A DNA stretch of 64,000 bases. Origin: a virus. The stretch lies in IMG/VR virus record IMGVR_UViG_3300039183_000005, positions 96,001 to 160,000 of that record. One strand, given 5' to 3'. Every line of letters starts with the position of its first letter. The stretch's first letter is position 1. Shown here piece after piece: positions 20,282 to 30,305 of the stretch. The translations under genes and the position numbers were made by a program. The notes under the pieces are model-generated. The model had not been told where the DNA came from. It searched no databases and was given only the letters and a program-made list of their open reading frames with translations.

Positions 20282-20916
20282 CTATTAATCCCTCCTTCTA
20301 TGTGTATGCTTCCTGTGCTATCTTGACAATCGTATTCTGGTTGGTCTGAATTAGGTTGCTGCTTTAAATATGATGTGACTGCTTTCCGAAATGGTTTTAT
20401 AAAATGATTATAATGTCGCTGATATCTGGTGTATGATTGAGAGTCTGCAATTCGTAAAGCAAACCAATCTTTGATATTTACTGGTCCTACCTCTGCGACA
20501 AATTTTCGTATTGTTTTTTCTTTCATATCTATACTCACGTCGTACATATGTGTTCGAACCAAACGCATTATTTTATCTGTTAAATTTGCTGATGTTTTCC
20601 ATTCTGCAAGTTTAACCTTCGCTATGTTGGTTGATTCTTCGGCATGACCAGGAAATCTCGACTTAGAATTATCATCAATCATAAATACTTTACACTTACC
20701 TAGATCATGAAATAAGCCAGACAACAAAGTGACTGGGGTTTTAGGTTCGATTAAATCTATAACCAACATTGTATGTTCCCAAACCGATTGGCCATTTTGT
20801 TGAATAATCGAACGACTATTTTCCAGCTCTGGGAATTCTATATTAGATGTAATCCAGTAATCACTAGGTAAATCCGAAGTTGTCATTCCATTAATAATTT
20901 CGTCTATTTTGTTCAT
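20278..20916 (-). CDS. HD-domain phosphohydrolase
   Basis: VWEHT, LFHDLGK, FPGHAE, HM, AD. Confidence 0.8.
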   Translation of the reverse strand: MNKIDEIINGMTTSDLPSDYWITSNIEFPELENSRSIIQQNGQSVWEHTMLVIDLIEPKTPVTLLSGLFHDLGKCKVFMIDDNSKSRFPGHAEESTNIAKVKLAEWKTSANLTDKIMRLVRTHMYDVSIDMKEKTIRKFVAEVGPVNIKDWFALRIADSQSYTRYQRHYNHFIKPFRKAVTSYLKQQPNSDQPEYDCQDSTGSIHIEGGINS

Positions 20917-21764
20917 TGACGAGATACCATATTTTGATTTATAAAATCTTTTGCCACTCCGACAGAAATAGCACGTGCTAAGTGCGGAATAATTTGGCCA
21001 TTACCAGCAACAACAACTCTAAATGGAATACCAATCATATAATAATGTTCATCATATTTTTTAAATAATCCACCACCACTTGATCCTGGAGTAATTTGGG
21101 CTGTGTTACCATAAATAGTCCATTCTTTTTCATTATTTTTCCCCGTAATTATTTGTGAGATAATTCCAGTTGTTGGTATAGGGCCACGTCCAAGCTGGCA
21201 CCCTATTGCAAATACCTCATCGAAAACACGTACTTTATTAAGCATATCTTCGTCTGCGATTTTGGCTACTGCAAATTTATATTGAGCACGAAATGATAAT
21301 AGTGCAAAATCATATTGCTTGTCCTCAGCAATCACTACTGCGTCATAGTGAAACAAATTTAAATTTGTGTGATCGAAAGCTGTTATATTGCAACCAGTAT
21401 CTATTTTTTTTGTTTCTATGACACCTGTTAGTGAATTAACTTTTAGTAGAATTATCATAAATCTACTATTGGTAATATGGGCGTTGGTTAGCACAATGTA
21501 TTCAAATGTTTCATCGATATCTGTTGTAAAACAATTAATAATAATTCCAGAACCACTACCAATACGAGTGCGCACTGAGACTGTTGTATCTCGCATTTCC
21601 AGTTGTTTAAGTGCTATTTTGTCAATTTTTATGGAAGTTTTTGTTGTATTATTTTTGTTAACACCAGCTTTGGTTATAGTGATAGAACCAATATACAAAA
21701 ATATGCCTAGAATTAATATGAAACTTATATACCACTTTGATCTATTCATAATGTTTATCCCCAC
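20913..21764 (-). CDS. Trypsin-like serine protease with N-terminal signal/TM segment
   Basis: GSG, LTNAH, DFALL, GSSGGGL catalytic triad. Confidence 0.88.
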   Translation of the reverse strand: MGINIMNRSKWYISFILILGIFLYIGSITITKAGVNKNNTTKTSIKIDKIALKQLEMRDTTVSVRTRIGSGSGIIINCFTTDIDETFEYIVLTNAHITNSRFMIILLKVNSLTGVIETKKIDTGCNITAFDHTNLNLFHYDAVVIAEDKQYDFALLSFRAQYKFAVAKIADEDMLNKVRVFDEVFAIGCQLGRGPIPTTGIISQIITGKNNEKEWTIYGNTAQITPGSSGGGLFKKYDEHYYMIGIPFRVVVAGNGQIIPHLARAISVGVAKDFINQNMVSRQ

Positions 21765-21819
21765 AGCAATAAAAATTAAAATATCAAATATTAATAATAA
21801 TTATACAAAGTGTGTCAAA

Positions 21820-22266
21820 TTATTCAGAAAATTCATCTACCGCAGTAAGTGCCCCGTCGATAGCAGAGTAAATTAGAGATATAACTAATTCTTGATTTTC
21901 AGTAACATCTATGTTGGCAGATCGTAAATATCTTTCAATAACATCGATAATTGTTAATCCATAAATTTGACATTCATGTGGAAGCATTTCGTAAACCAAT
22001 TTTCTTGCACCAGCAAAATTTGGATTACCGGGCACCGCAAGCAAATCCCGCAAAGCAATTAAATATTTTTTAATTAGTTCTATATCATCTGGTGTTATTT
22101 CTGACTCAGTTAATGCTATACGAGTTGCTATTTTTGAAAACATGTTGATATCAATCTTAAGCTGTGCGACATTGTTTTGCCATCCATTATTATTGGATAT
22201 AGCGCAACCAATTATTGGAACAGATATAAATATTGATAAAACAAAAATAATCAGCCACTTCTTCAT
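21820..22266 (-). CDS. Putative lipoprotein
   Basis: MKK + hydrophobic stretch + IIGC lipobox-like. Confidence 0.6.
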   Translation of the reverse strand: MKKWLIIFVLSIFISVPIIGCAISNNNGWQNNVAQLKIDINMFSKIATRIALTESEITPDDIELIKKYLIALRDLLAVPGNPNFAGARKLVYEMLPHECQIYGLTIIDVIERYLRSANIDVTENQELVISLIYSAIDGALTAVDEFSE

Positions 22267-22328
22267 TTTTTACACCTTCCTATTAATTAAGCAATAGATT
22301 AACTCACTAAAAATTTATACACAATATA

Positions 22329-22658
22329 TCAATCATTTGGTTGATTTCTTTGCCACCTTTCACGACGTCTGTTCTTGGCTCGTTGATTTTCATTTTCTTC
22401 TTTTTGACGACCATATCTCCACGTACGTTTTTGTCGCTTTGTTCCACCAGGATTTATGGTTAGAGGATCAATCTGATAACAAGCTATACATTCAACCTCG
22501 CCACTTTTTGGATTTCTGTGGGCTTCCCTACATATTCCTTTGCACTTTGACTTATAGCCATCCCCGCAAGCACATAAGTCTACACCCACCAACCGCCTAA
22601 GTCGTTCAAATTTCTTCTTTTCTCTCTTTATTTTATTGCGCCCTCTTTCATTAGCCAT
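22329..22658 (-). CDS. Basic Cys-containing hypothetical protein
   Basis: ORF in operon. Confidence 0.5.
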   Translation of the reverse strand: MANERGRNKIKREKKKFERLRRLVGVDLCACGDGYKSKCKGICREAHRNPKSGEVECIACYQIDPLTINPGGTKRQKRTWRYGRQKEENENQRAKNRRRERWQRNQPND

Positions 22659-22667
22659 AATTCATTT

Positions 22668-23174
22668 TCACCTCACAACACATACACGTCTCATTTTTCC
22701 AATCGCCCTTTCTCGAATGCGACATACTGTGGACGGAACGATATTTTGTTCAAGTGATACTTCCCTAATAGTTTTATCACCAAAAAATAGCCCATAAATT
22801 ATAGCTCGCTCATTGTCGCTAAGAAATGATATTAATTCCTCCACCATTATGCGCATATTTACATCAACGACAGGACTGGCTATGTCAAAAGCAGAATCAA
22901 TTGATACAATTTGGATACGTTTGGCCCTTTTTTCTGCGTCTAACATATGCATAAATAAACCATGTATTCTGCCATAAACAAAAGTTAAAAAAGAACCGCC
23001 TTGGCAATAACAAATCATACATTTTAATAATTCATCATTAGCTTTTGCTCTAAATTCTTCTGCCTGCAATCGATTAGATGCAATTCGAAATGCCAATTTG
23101 TTAATAAGTGGAGCATATTGCGAACAAGCAAAAGCGAAATATTGCTTTGTTATACGACGTTGTTGTTTTATCAT
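22668..23174 (-). CDS. Sigma-70/ECF-like RNA polymerase sigma factor
   Basis: Region 2-like (F.TF.Y.RI) and region 4 HTH (LSDNERAII...KTIREVS...STV.RIRERAI.KMR). Confidence 0.8.
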   Translation of the reverse strand: MIKQQRRITKQYFAFACSQYAPLINKLAFRIASNRLQAEEFRAKANDELLKCMICYCQGGSFLTFVYGRIHGLFMHMLDAEKRAKRIQIVSIDSAFDIASPVVDVNMRIMVEELISFLSDNERAIIYGLFFGDKTIREVSLEQNIVPSTVCRIRERAIGKMRRVCVVR

Positions 23175-23860
23175 ATTTTAAATCTCTTATTAATGTTTTG
23201 TTCCATTCGTGGAGTCCATATTCCGTCAATAAGCCCTATTTTAATTGCCTGTCTAGGAGACATCCATTCGGTTTCATTCATTAGTTTAGTCAATTGTTTA
23301 ACTGTTAATTCAGTTCTTCTAGCTAATGATGCAACTTTTCGACTATAATCTTCTTCTACATGACCTGTCATCTTCGAATGTCTTTCGATTGATTCTGTCT
23401 GATTTTGTATAATCACTGAATGCAACATCATCGATGAATTTGTTGTAGCATAACGACAACCTTTTGTTCCGAATGCTGCTATCATGGCTGCCATTGAATG
23501 AGCTTGACCACGAACAATTGTATATATAGGACAACTACACGCTAACATTTGATCAATAATAGCATAGCCAGATGCCATACAGCCACCAGGGCTGTGAATA
23601 TATATATATATTGGTTCTTTTAGTAGCGAAAAGAGTTGTAAATAATTACAAATATGCGTAGATGTTATTTCATTAATTTCGCCAACAATAGAAAGCCTGC
23701 GTGTCCTTACAAGAAATTCTTCAATTATTTCATCGACACTAATTGGGATTGATGAATTTGTGTCACTTTCATACTTGTCACAATACTCATGATCATCTTG
23801 ATTTTTACCTTTATTAAACTTCACTTTTGTCTCCAAATGGGTGATATTTTTTATGGACAC
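23171..23860 (-). CDS. clpP: ClpP-like protease proteolytic subunit
   Basis: IYIYIHSPGG, AIID.M, G.AHSMAA, MMLH, WMSP.QA..GLID. Confidence 0.88.
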   Translation of the reverse strand: MSIKNITHLETKVKFNKGKNQDDHEYCDKYESDTNSSIPISVDEIIEEFLVRTRRLSIVGEINEITSTHICNYLQLFSLLKEPIYIYIHSPGGCMASGYAIIDQMLACSCPIYTIVRGQAHSMAAMIAAFGTKGCRYATTNSSMMLHSVIIQNQTESIERHSKMTGHVEEDYSRKVASLARRTELTVKQLTKLMNETEWMSPRQAIKIGLIDGIWTPRMEQNINKRFKI

Positions 23861-24698
23861 CTATAAGTTTATTACTATCTATTGCAAGATAAGTTTGTGT
23901 TGTCGATAAGTATTGATGGCCCAACAGGGCTTGTATTAGTTCTAAATCTATATTGCGATTCATTAATTCTGTTGCACAACTTCTGCGCAACATATGTGCT
24001 GTAGTATGTCTTATGCCAGCCCGACGAGAAATAGATACTAACATATCGCTGATAGCGCGACGTGTCATTCGTTGTCCGTTTGATTTTACGAATACCGCAG
24101 TGGTTTTTGATTGACGGCCAGAATTTAAATACAATTTAATTGCTTCGGCACATCGCCAAGTTGTCGGAACCACCCTATCTCGACCACCCTTACCACGAAC
24201 ACGTATTTCACGTTTATTCAGATTAACGTCTTTGATATCTAAATTACACAATTCAGATACACGAAGACCACTGTGGTACATAGTTAATATAATAGCGATA
24301 TCACGGCGAATGTTAGTTGTTCTGCATGTGGATAAACGCTTTTCCACAGTGGCCACAAGAATATCCACATCTTTAGAATCCAATGCATTTGGTATTCTCC
24401 TGTTTATACGTATTGAGTCTATAGCATCGATGGTTCGAGAACTTAATAAGCCAAGACTTATGAGATGATGATATAAACATCTTATCGACATGCATTTTCT
24501 GCGAATTGTTGTTGGCTTATATCCAAGACTGCGAAGATGGCCCATAAAAGTTTCCACTAGTTGGGCAGTCAATTTTTGTGTTCCGCTAAAGTCGAGAAAT
24601 TCTTTGGCATCTTTTGTGTACGCAGATAGCGTTTCCTGTGTCAAACAAAGTTCAGTACGAATGTATGTTTCAAATCCATCCATAATTGCTGTGGACAT
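23814..24698 (-). CDS. XerC/XerD-like tyrosine recombinase
   Basis: T..AY..D, SGLRVSEL, GKGG.DR, HMLR, LLGH..STTQ.Y. Confidence 0.9.
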   Translation of the reverse strand: MSTAIMDGFETYIRTELCLTQETLSAYTKDAKEFLDFSGTQKLTAQLVETFMGHLRSLGYKPTTIRRKCMSIRCLYHHLISLGLLSSRTIDAIDSIRINRRIPNALDSKDVDILVATVEKRLSTCRTTNIRRDIAIILTMYHSGLRVSELCNLDIKDVNLNKREIRVRGKGGRDRVVPTTWRCAEAIKLYLNSGRQSKTTAVFVKSNGQRMTRRAISDMLVSISRRAGIRHTTAHMLRRSCATELMNRNIDLELIQALLGHQYLSTTQTYLAIDSNKLIGVHKKYHPFGDKSEV

Positions 24699-24714
24699 TA
24701 CAATTTCTCATTCT

Positions 24715-24741
24715 ATTATACGAACAACCGGGGTGTTTGTT
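24715..24741 (-). promoter_or_regulatory. Putative phage promoter AACAAA-N14-GTATAAT (copy 2)
   Basis: Between thyX and the xer-like gene; same motif and spacing. Confidence 0.65.
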
Positions 24742-24762
24742 CCGTATATTTTCTTTTTTTCT

Positions 24763-25590
24763 CTATGCTCTACGGTAAATCGATTCAATTCCTTTTGTTC
24801 CATCGTCTAACACAACTTCTTTCATTCCATGAACAAAAAGCGGAGCTTTATCTTGTAAAATACGAAACACTTTAACCGCTAATTTTCTAATTTCAACATC
24901 TGCTGCTGGATTTGCTCGAAGTTCTATAAGATGACGAACCGCCCTAGCATTCATTGTAACACCGATTTTAGTTTCTGTCGCATTCGGAAGTACCGATCTT
25001 GCAGCTTGACGAGCTTTCTTTCTACGCTCAAGCTTACTCGAAATATCGGCATACATATCAGATAATTTACTGGTTAATTCTTCGTAAAGTTGCTTTGATC
25101 GTTCGCAATGCTCTGTCCACTCGCGATATGCATCTGGGTCTGCTTCCGCCAACTCTTGAATCGCTGGCGGAATTATGAAGGATACGTTGGATGAATCTAC
25201 ATAACGCTGACTTAATTGTGAGTATCCAACTCCTATTCGATGCCTTACTAGTTCGTGTGTTAAACTTCTACTTACATTCCATATCGCGAAATTAAATGTC
25301 GCATGTTCAAGGCAGGCACCATGAAAAGACTCTATAAGATTTTTAACATGATCATCATGACATCTCCCCTTTGCTGTCTCGCCCTTTTTCGGCCAAGACT
25401 GGTAACACATTCTACCGTTAAATTCTACTAACCATTCTCCATCATTGTCCCCAAGACTCATCATAGATTTTATATTGTCTTCAAATTCTTTCCATTCATA
25501 TCCATGTTCATCAAGGAATTTCATAATTCCATCAATTTCGATAATAGGCTTCCCTATCATTTCTACTCTTGGTTCTGTTACAAAAGACAT
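24763..25590 (-). CDS. thyX: FAD-dependent thymidylate synthase
   Basis: GRMCYQS, LEH, SRSLTHELVRHR..YSQLSQRY, ARSVLPN, N.R, EIR. Confidence 0.95.
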   Translation of the reverse strand: MSFVTEPRVEMIGKPIIEIDGIMKFLDEHGYEWKEFEDNIKSMMSLGDNDGEWLVEFNGRMCYQSWPKKGETAKGRCHDDHVKNLIESFHGACLEHATFNFAIWNVSRSLTHELVRHRIGVGYSQLSQRYVDSSNVSFIIPPAIQELAEADPDAYREWTEHCERSKQLYEELTSKLSDMYADISSKLERRKKARQAARSVLPNATETKIGVTMNARAVRHLIELRANPAADVEIRKLAVKVFRILQDKAPLFVHGMKEVVLDDGTKGIESIYRRA

Positions 25591-25606
25591 ATTGTTCTCC
25601 TTTCGG

Positions 25607-25975
25607 TTATATTTGTTTTTTTTTCTTGGTTTTATATGCTTTTTGATTTTTAATAGCTTTTTCCAACAAACGAATCATTGGTACTACTTTTCTGTGATCA
25701 AGTGCTAAGCCATATTCTTTCGAGCAACTACCCAATGGACATTTTTTGCATTCTTTGTGTAGATAATGCTGACACAATGCACAGGATTCGTCGTCTATCG
25801 TTAAACCATCATCATCATCATATATTTCAAGTCCGCTAAACTTAACATTATGTTTCTTTCTATTTCGATATAATAGCCCCCTCCATTTTCTAAGAGAATG
25901 TTTCAATGCAAATCTTTTTGATACTTCGTACGCTGGTGTTTTATAAAATTCTTTTTTCCATGAATCTAAACTCAT
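25607..25975 (-). CDS. Hypothetical Cys-rich protein
   Basis: CALC...CKKCPL..C. Confidence 0.6.
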   Translation of the reverse strand: MSLDSWKKEFYKTPAYEVSKRFALKHSLRKWRGLLYRNRKKHNVKFSGLEIYDDDDGLTIDDESCALCQHYLHKECKKCPLGSCSKEYGLALDHRKVVPMIRLLEKAIKNQKAYKTKKKKQI

Positions 25976-26233
25976 TTACTTATCCTTTCTCAATTCTTTT
26001 AACATTTGACGCTTTTCTTCTTCGACTTTGTCCAAATCTATATTGAAAAACTCTGCCAAAAGTTTTTCTGTATTCAAATACGTTGGACTATATTCCATTT
26101 CATCCTCACCATCTATCAACTGACATATGGTCATTTCTTTAATATTTTGTAACCATTCCAAAAACTCACCAATTGCTTGAGACTTATCTTTGATAGCCAC
26201 CATTTTTTCACATTCTGGATATTTGTTTTTCAT
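25976..26233 (-). CDS. Hypothetical phage protein
   Basis: SQAIGEFLEWL...LLAEFFNID; dense gene packing. Confidence 0.65.
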   Translation of the reverse strand: MKNKYPECEKMVAIKDKSQAIGEFLEWLQNIKEMTICQLIDGEDEMEYSPTYLNTEKLLAEFFNIDLDKVEEEKRQMLKELRKDK

Positions 26234-26243
26234 TTTTTTCTCA

Positions 26244-26606
26244 TTAATCCGCTATATATCCACCACAAGTTGCCAAGAACAACTGCCAATTCCTTACCCA
26301 TTTTATAAATTCTTCTGGTGTGCCACCCCATAGATGGTTAGCCTTATCCAAAACCTTCATTATTATTTCATCTGTGGTTCCAGCTATTTTGTCGGCTGTT
26401 GTCGCCGACATATGTTTATCCATTTGATATGGTACCCGGTGCCAGCCCTCCAACTTTCCTGTTTCTGGACAGGTAGGTAACCCTAGATGTTCATGAAGTA
26501 TTCCCAAGAGATCGCATCCGCATACATTTGCATCCCAACTACCATCGTCAAATTGAGACGAACAATGTGGTTTATTTTTTAAAATAGAACGATACGTTAA
26601 ACTCAT
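26244..26606 (-). CDS. Hypothetical protein
   Basis: Packed ORF. Confidence 0.55.
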   Translation of the reverse strand: MSLTYRSILKNKPHCSSQFDDGSWDANVCGCDLLGILHEHLGLPTCPETGKLEGWHRVPYQMDKHMSATTADKIAGTTDEIIMKVLDKANHLWGGTPEEFIKWVRNWQLFLATCGGYIAD

Positions 26607-26944
26607 TTGATTTCCTTTCTAATATTTCGTATTGTTGTTCCAATTAAATCTCGTCGTGCTGGTTGATTATCCAAATAATCATCATAACGATCAATTTTTC
26701 TTATGAATTCTTTAAGCTTTATTTGTTGAGAACATAACACTATAAATCCAAACATATAGTTGTGCGGAACATCATTAGGCAATTTTTTAATTTTCATTAT
26801 TTCATTTTGCCAACCTTTTATATAATATCCATCTGGATACTTGATGTCAACAAAAAAATATCTATCTATATATGGTATTTGGCGATATCTAATTCTAAAA
26901 TAATATCCATTGATACTTTTTAATATCATAGTTGGTGGTTTCAT
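26603..26944 (-). CDS. Hypothetical protein (paralog of 26997..27254)
   Basis: FRIRYR..IDR.FFVDI...EFIRKIDRYD vs FRLRYR..LDR.LIIDI...DFFDKIEKYD. Confidence 0.55.
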   Translation of the reverse strand: MKPPTMILKSINGYYFRIRYRQIPYIDRYFFVDIKYPDGYYIKGWQNEIMKIKKLPNDVPHNYMFGFIVLCSQQIKLKEFIRKIDRYDDYLDNQPARRDLIGTTIRNIRKEIK

Positions 26945-26996
26945 TTTTGTTTCCTAAATTCATTCAACAACTGTACTTTTCTTTCAAATTTATTAT

Positions 26997-27254
26997 TTAA
27001 AATCCATCGAAATTACGATCGTATTTTTCTATTTTATCGAAAAAATCGTATAACTCTTTATACCATTCTACATGAATAAATGATAACAGTTGACATAAGA
27101 TTGATAAATTGCATTTACTCATATCAATTATAGATAATTCGTTAATATATCTATTTCCATCATTAATATCTATAATTAAAAGTCTATCCAATTTATTGCG
27201 AATTCTATACCTCAATCTAAATCTTCCTCTAACCATCGTTGGTGCTCTCATCAA
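26997..27254 (-). CDS. Hypothetical protein (paralog of 26603..26944)
   Basis: Shared motifs with neighbour. Confidence 0.55.
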   Translation of the reverse strand: MMRAPTMVRGRFRLRYRIRNKLDRLLIIDINDGNRYINELSIIDMSKCNLSILCQLLSFIHVEWYKELYDFFDKIEKYDRNFDGF

Positions 27255-27269
27255 AGTTTAACTCCTTAA

Positions 27270-27614
27270 TTATTTTTCTATTTTCATTTGTTTTAAGTCG
27301 ATTTGTTCAATATTTGACAACATTGTTTTCATCTTATTTATTTCTTTTTTAAGTAAACCGATACAATATCGCCTTGCTAATTCTGGATTTTTATATACAA
27401 ATTTTTTAGTTTCTGGCGCAGCAAAATCTTGATCGTCAGTACCAATCATAATTGTAGTAGTATTTGAATAATATCTTTTTGTAATGCCAACTACCCCACT
27501 TAACCTTTCAAACGATCGACAGCGTATTTTATATATTTTGCAACTACCTAACCAATAGCTTACCCAATAATAAACGTTTCCTTTTTTTATTTGATATCCA
27601 TCTTTGGTTTTCAT
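27270..27614 (-). CDS. Hypothetical protein
   Basis: Packed ORF. Confidence 0.55.
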   Translation of the reverse strand: MKTKDGYQIKKGNVYYWVSYWLGSCKIYKIRCRSFERLSGVVGITKRYYSNTTTIMIGTDDQDFAAPETKKFVYKNPELARRYCIGLLKKEINKMKTMLSNIEQIDLKQMKIEK

Positions 27615-29062
27615 TTAATTTGATACTCCAGTTTAATACCACGAAACTCTCCGGGAGAAATTATCGCCAATTGATCTAATACTCTTTGTCTTAGACTAAC
27701 GGCAATATCCAAAACAGTTTTCAACTCATTTGGTTTAATTGTATCAACTCTCCTGTGCGGAAATATTAACTTTAACAATCCCGATCCTATTCGAATAAGT
27801 GATCTCTGATCTCTTTGACCCATTTGGCCAAAATTAACGTTTTGTAATATTACGTTGGCATAATTACGTTTTCTCATTCTATGCATTACTTCCGATATAT
27901 AATCAGCCATAAATCCAAAATCTTTTGCAAAATTAACTTCCCTAATTGGCCCAATGCGCCATCCAGGAACAAATCCGTGTATCCGATCAAGAAACGCCCT
28001 ATCTTGACTGACTATTTGAGGAAACGGAGAAAATAGATTTCGATATCTTGCGGTAACTTCTCTTTTTTCTCTATTGCAATCAATATTACCAACAAAAGTA
28101 ATGCTGCAATCAGATGCAAATTCGGCAGTTCCTCTACCAAACCTACCGCTATTCATAAAATCTTTCAATAAATCTATTAAATCTCCTTGTCCAGACCATT
28201 TATTGCCACCACGACTATTGGCAAATTCGTCGAAAGCAACAACATCTCGGTATCCTATTAATCCCAACCTATTACGAAGTTTATCGTAAAACAAAGAAGC
28301 AATGGTAGTTTGAGACCCAGAAATAACAAATCCGTAAGAGCTTAATGATTGATAGGCAAATGTCTTTCCAGTCATCGTAGGGCCTAGTTCAACCATATTC
28401 ACATTAGATTCAATAAAAGGAATCATCCTTACCATATACAACCATTTTTCTTCTTCAGAAAGATTGGTTGGATCAAACCCGATACTCGTTATCATTAAGT
28501 TGAGCCATTCTTCGTCTGAAAATTGTTCTCGACGCTTAATCCATATATCCACATTGATATCGGTTATTTGTATTGGTTTAAATTCGGTCAACAAAAACGG
28601 ATACAGTTTTTTCCTCATAACATAAGATTCGTCGTATACTATTTTAAAGATACCCCATGCTCCACTTGTTAATAACGTATCTCCGTATTCTACGATGAGG
28701 TGTGGATTGATGCGAACATACTGATTCCCTAGCGCCGTGACATCTACCCAATATTCATCCTTGCCTTCATCAAATCGACAACGGATACGACCAATCAGGG
28801 TGTACTCCCCCTGCTCCCTGATTCTGCTCTTAACCAATTCCTTTTTGTCAGACTCCATGAAATGCGCATCGAGAAGTTGGCTGATTTTTTCCATGCCAGG
28901 AGTGGGGTTTTCAGGGTTGACAGCTTCCGAAATCAAATAGTCGACCACGAAACTTGGGAGCTTACGAAATTGTTCGTTAAGACAGCCCAAACTTTTGTCT
29001 ATTATGATCCCGTGTTCAGGGAAAACCTCAGAAGCCTTTTGTTTCGCTGTAGTGACTGTCAT
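27611..29062 (-). CDS. BrxL-like AAA+/MCM-type ATPase lacking the Lon protease domain
   Basis: LPSFVVDYL, RE.FS.EEW...LI.SIG, ELGP..TGKT, T.A.LFY, DVVAFDE, G.F.RG, AFLDRIHGF.PGW, G..ADY, RD. Confidence 0.8.
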   Translation of the reverse strand: MTVTTAKQKASEVFPEHGIIIDKSLGCLNEQFRKLPSFVVDYLISEAVNPENPTPGMEKISQLLDAHFMESDKKELVKSRIREQGEYTLIGRIRCRFDEGKDEYWVDVTALGNQYVRINPHLIVEYGDTLLTSGAWGIFKIVYDESYVMRKKLYPFLLTEFKPIQITDINVDIWIKRREQFSDEEWLNLMITSIGFDPTNLSEEEKWLYMVRMIPFIESNVNMVELGPTMTGKTFAYQSLSSYGFVISGSQTTIASLFYDKLRNRLGLIGYRDVVAFDEFANSRGGNKWSGQGDLIDLLKDFMNSGRFGRGTAEFASDCSITFVGNIDCNREKREVTARYRNLFSPFPQIVSQDRAFLDRIHGFVPGWRIGPIREVNFAKDFGFMADYISEVMHRMRKRNYANVILQNVNFGQMGQRDQRSLIRIGSGLLKLIFPHRRVDTIKPNELKTVLDIAVSLRQRVLDQLAIISPGEFRGIKLEYQIK

Positions 29063-29706
29063 CTATTCACCTCATTATTTTTTCTTATGGGCACTGTCAG
29101 AGCCCTTTCAGTTGTCCAACCACGTTTCAGTCTCATAGAAAGTGTACCGCATTTAATGTTGATTTCTTCTGCCCACATTGCTATACACTGAGTTTTACCA
29201 TTATGTGTAACCAAATGATTGTCCCGTCTATTTCTACTGTTTATCTTGGGAGTAGTCCATCTGCAATTTTCTTTACAATAATTATTATCGTTATCTATTC
29301 GATCAATCTGGCACTTATCAGTTGGTGGAAGACCCATGTCTTTCAAAAAATTCTCAAACTTTAACCATCTTTCACAAACAGTAATACCGCGAGCACCATA
29401 GTGTTTATATTCCTTATTGTTTGGATTAGTACATCTTTGTATTATGCCTGCCCACCTATAATAGATATTACTGTTGCTCAATCCGTGTGTAGTTCTGTCT
29501 ATGTTGCGGCTTATCGTTTTTTCTAGACATAAACATCCGCAACTTTGAATCCTGTGACTTCTGAGGTGATCGCTACGAACAACTTTTTCTTTTCCGCAAT
29601 CACATCTACATAACCAACAACAATTTCCATGTCTTTTTTCTTGAGACTGCTCAACAACGACAAGCCTTCCGAATCTTTTTCCAGTAAGATCAATCAATTT
29701 CGACAT
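29059..29706 (-). CDS. HNH homing endonuclease (IDRIDN type)
   Basis: DLTGKRFGRL, WLCRCDCG, SCGC, YGARGI.VC..W..FE.F..DMG, IDRIDN..Y...NCRW. Confidence 0.88.
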   Translation of the reverse strand: MSKLIDLTGKRFGRLVVVEQSQEKRHGNCCWLCRCDCGKEKVVRSDHLRSHRIQSCGCLCLEKTISRNIDRTTHGLSNSNIYYRWAGIIQRCTNPNNKEYKHYGARGITVCERWLKFENFLKDMGLPPTDKCQIDRIDNDNNYCKENCRWTTPKINSRNRRDNHLVTHNGKTQCIAMWAEEINIKCGTLSMRLKRGWTTERALTVPIRKNNEVNR

Positions 29707-30042
29707 CTACAGATCAATCCCAACTTCATCTAACACTTTTTCTAGCATACCGGACATTTTTAATCCAGTTATAATTTCCGATCCGAAGCCTAAAAGGCAT
29801 TTTCTTGCTAAATTTTCTGCATCATTTTTTGCTTTTTCTAATGATTTTCTTATTTTAATTCCATTAATTGATTTGCCTTTACACCAAATTCTATGCGACC
29901 ATCCAATAAGTCGCCGTCGATCATAATAACCGTATGGATATACTATTTTTGGTGTGCAAAATGCTTCTACAAAACCTATTTTGGATTGATAGCATGGAAA
30001 ACCAGCATTATTACCGTAATTTTTCCACACTATATTTTTCAT
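29707..30042 (-). CDS. Hypothetical protein
   Basis: Packed ORF; weak similarity to 34120..34446. Confidence 0.55.
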   Translation of the reverse strand: MKNIVWKNYGNNAGFPCYQSKIGFVEAFCTPKIVYPYGYYDRRRLIGWSHRIWCKGKSINGIKIRKSLEKAKNDAENLARKCLLGFGSEIITGLKMSGMLEKVLDEVGIDL

Positions 30043-30305
30043 ATTTCAACCTCCCACAAAAGTGACAAAGCATCCGACCTAGCCACAACTGACTCTTCCA
30101 CCACAGGTTCACAAACAGCCGTATTTGGCTGTTTCGCTGCCTCTATTAAACTTTCTAGGCAGAATAGATGGATAGCCCCCATCAAACCATCTGAGGCCCC
30201 AGACGAGCTACAATCGATTTCTCCGTTCCCACAACACTCCATTTGACTACCCCAAAATATCTGTTCTCCAGACTTTATTTTTTGATGACAGACTATACAA
30301 TACAT
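30039..30305 (-). CDS. Hypothetical zinc-finger protein
   Basis: MYCIVC...HxxC; start moved to ATG 30305. Confidence 0.55.
   Translation of the reverse strand: MYCIVCHQKIKSGEQIFWGSQMECCGNGEIDCSSSGASDGLMGAIHLFCLESLIEAAKQPNTAVCEPVVEESVVARSDALSLLWEVEI

Noticed and set aside
27611-29062. Complete BREX system
   Set aside because: No other brx/pgl genes recognisable in the window
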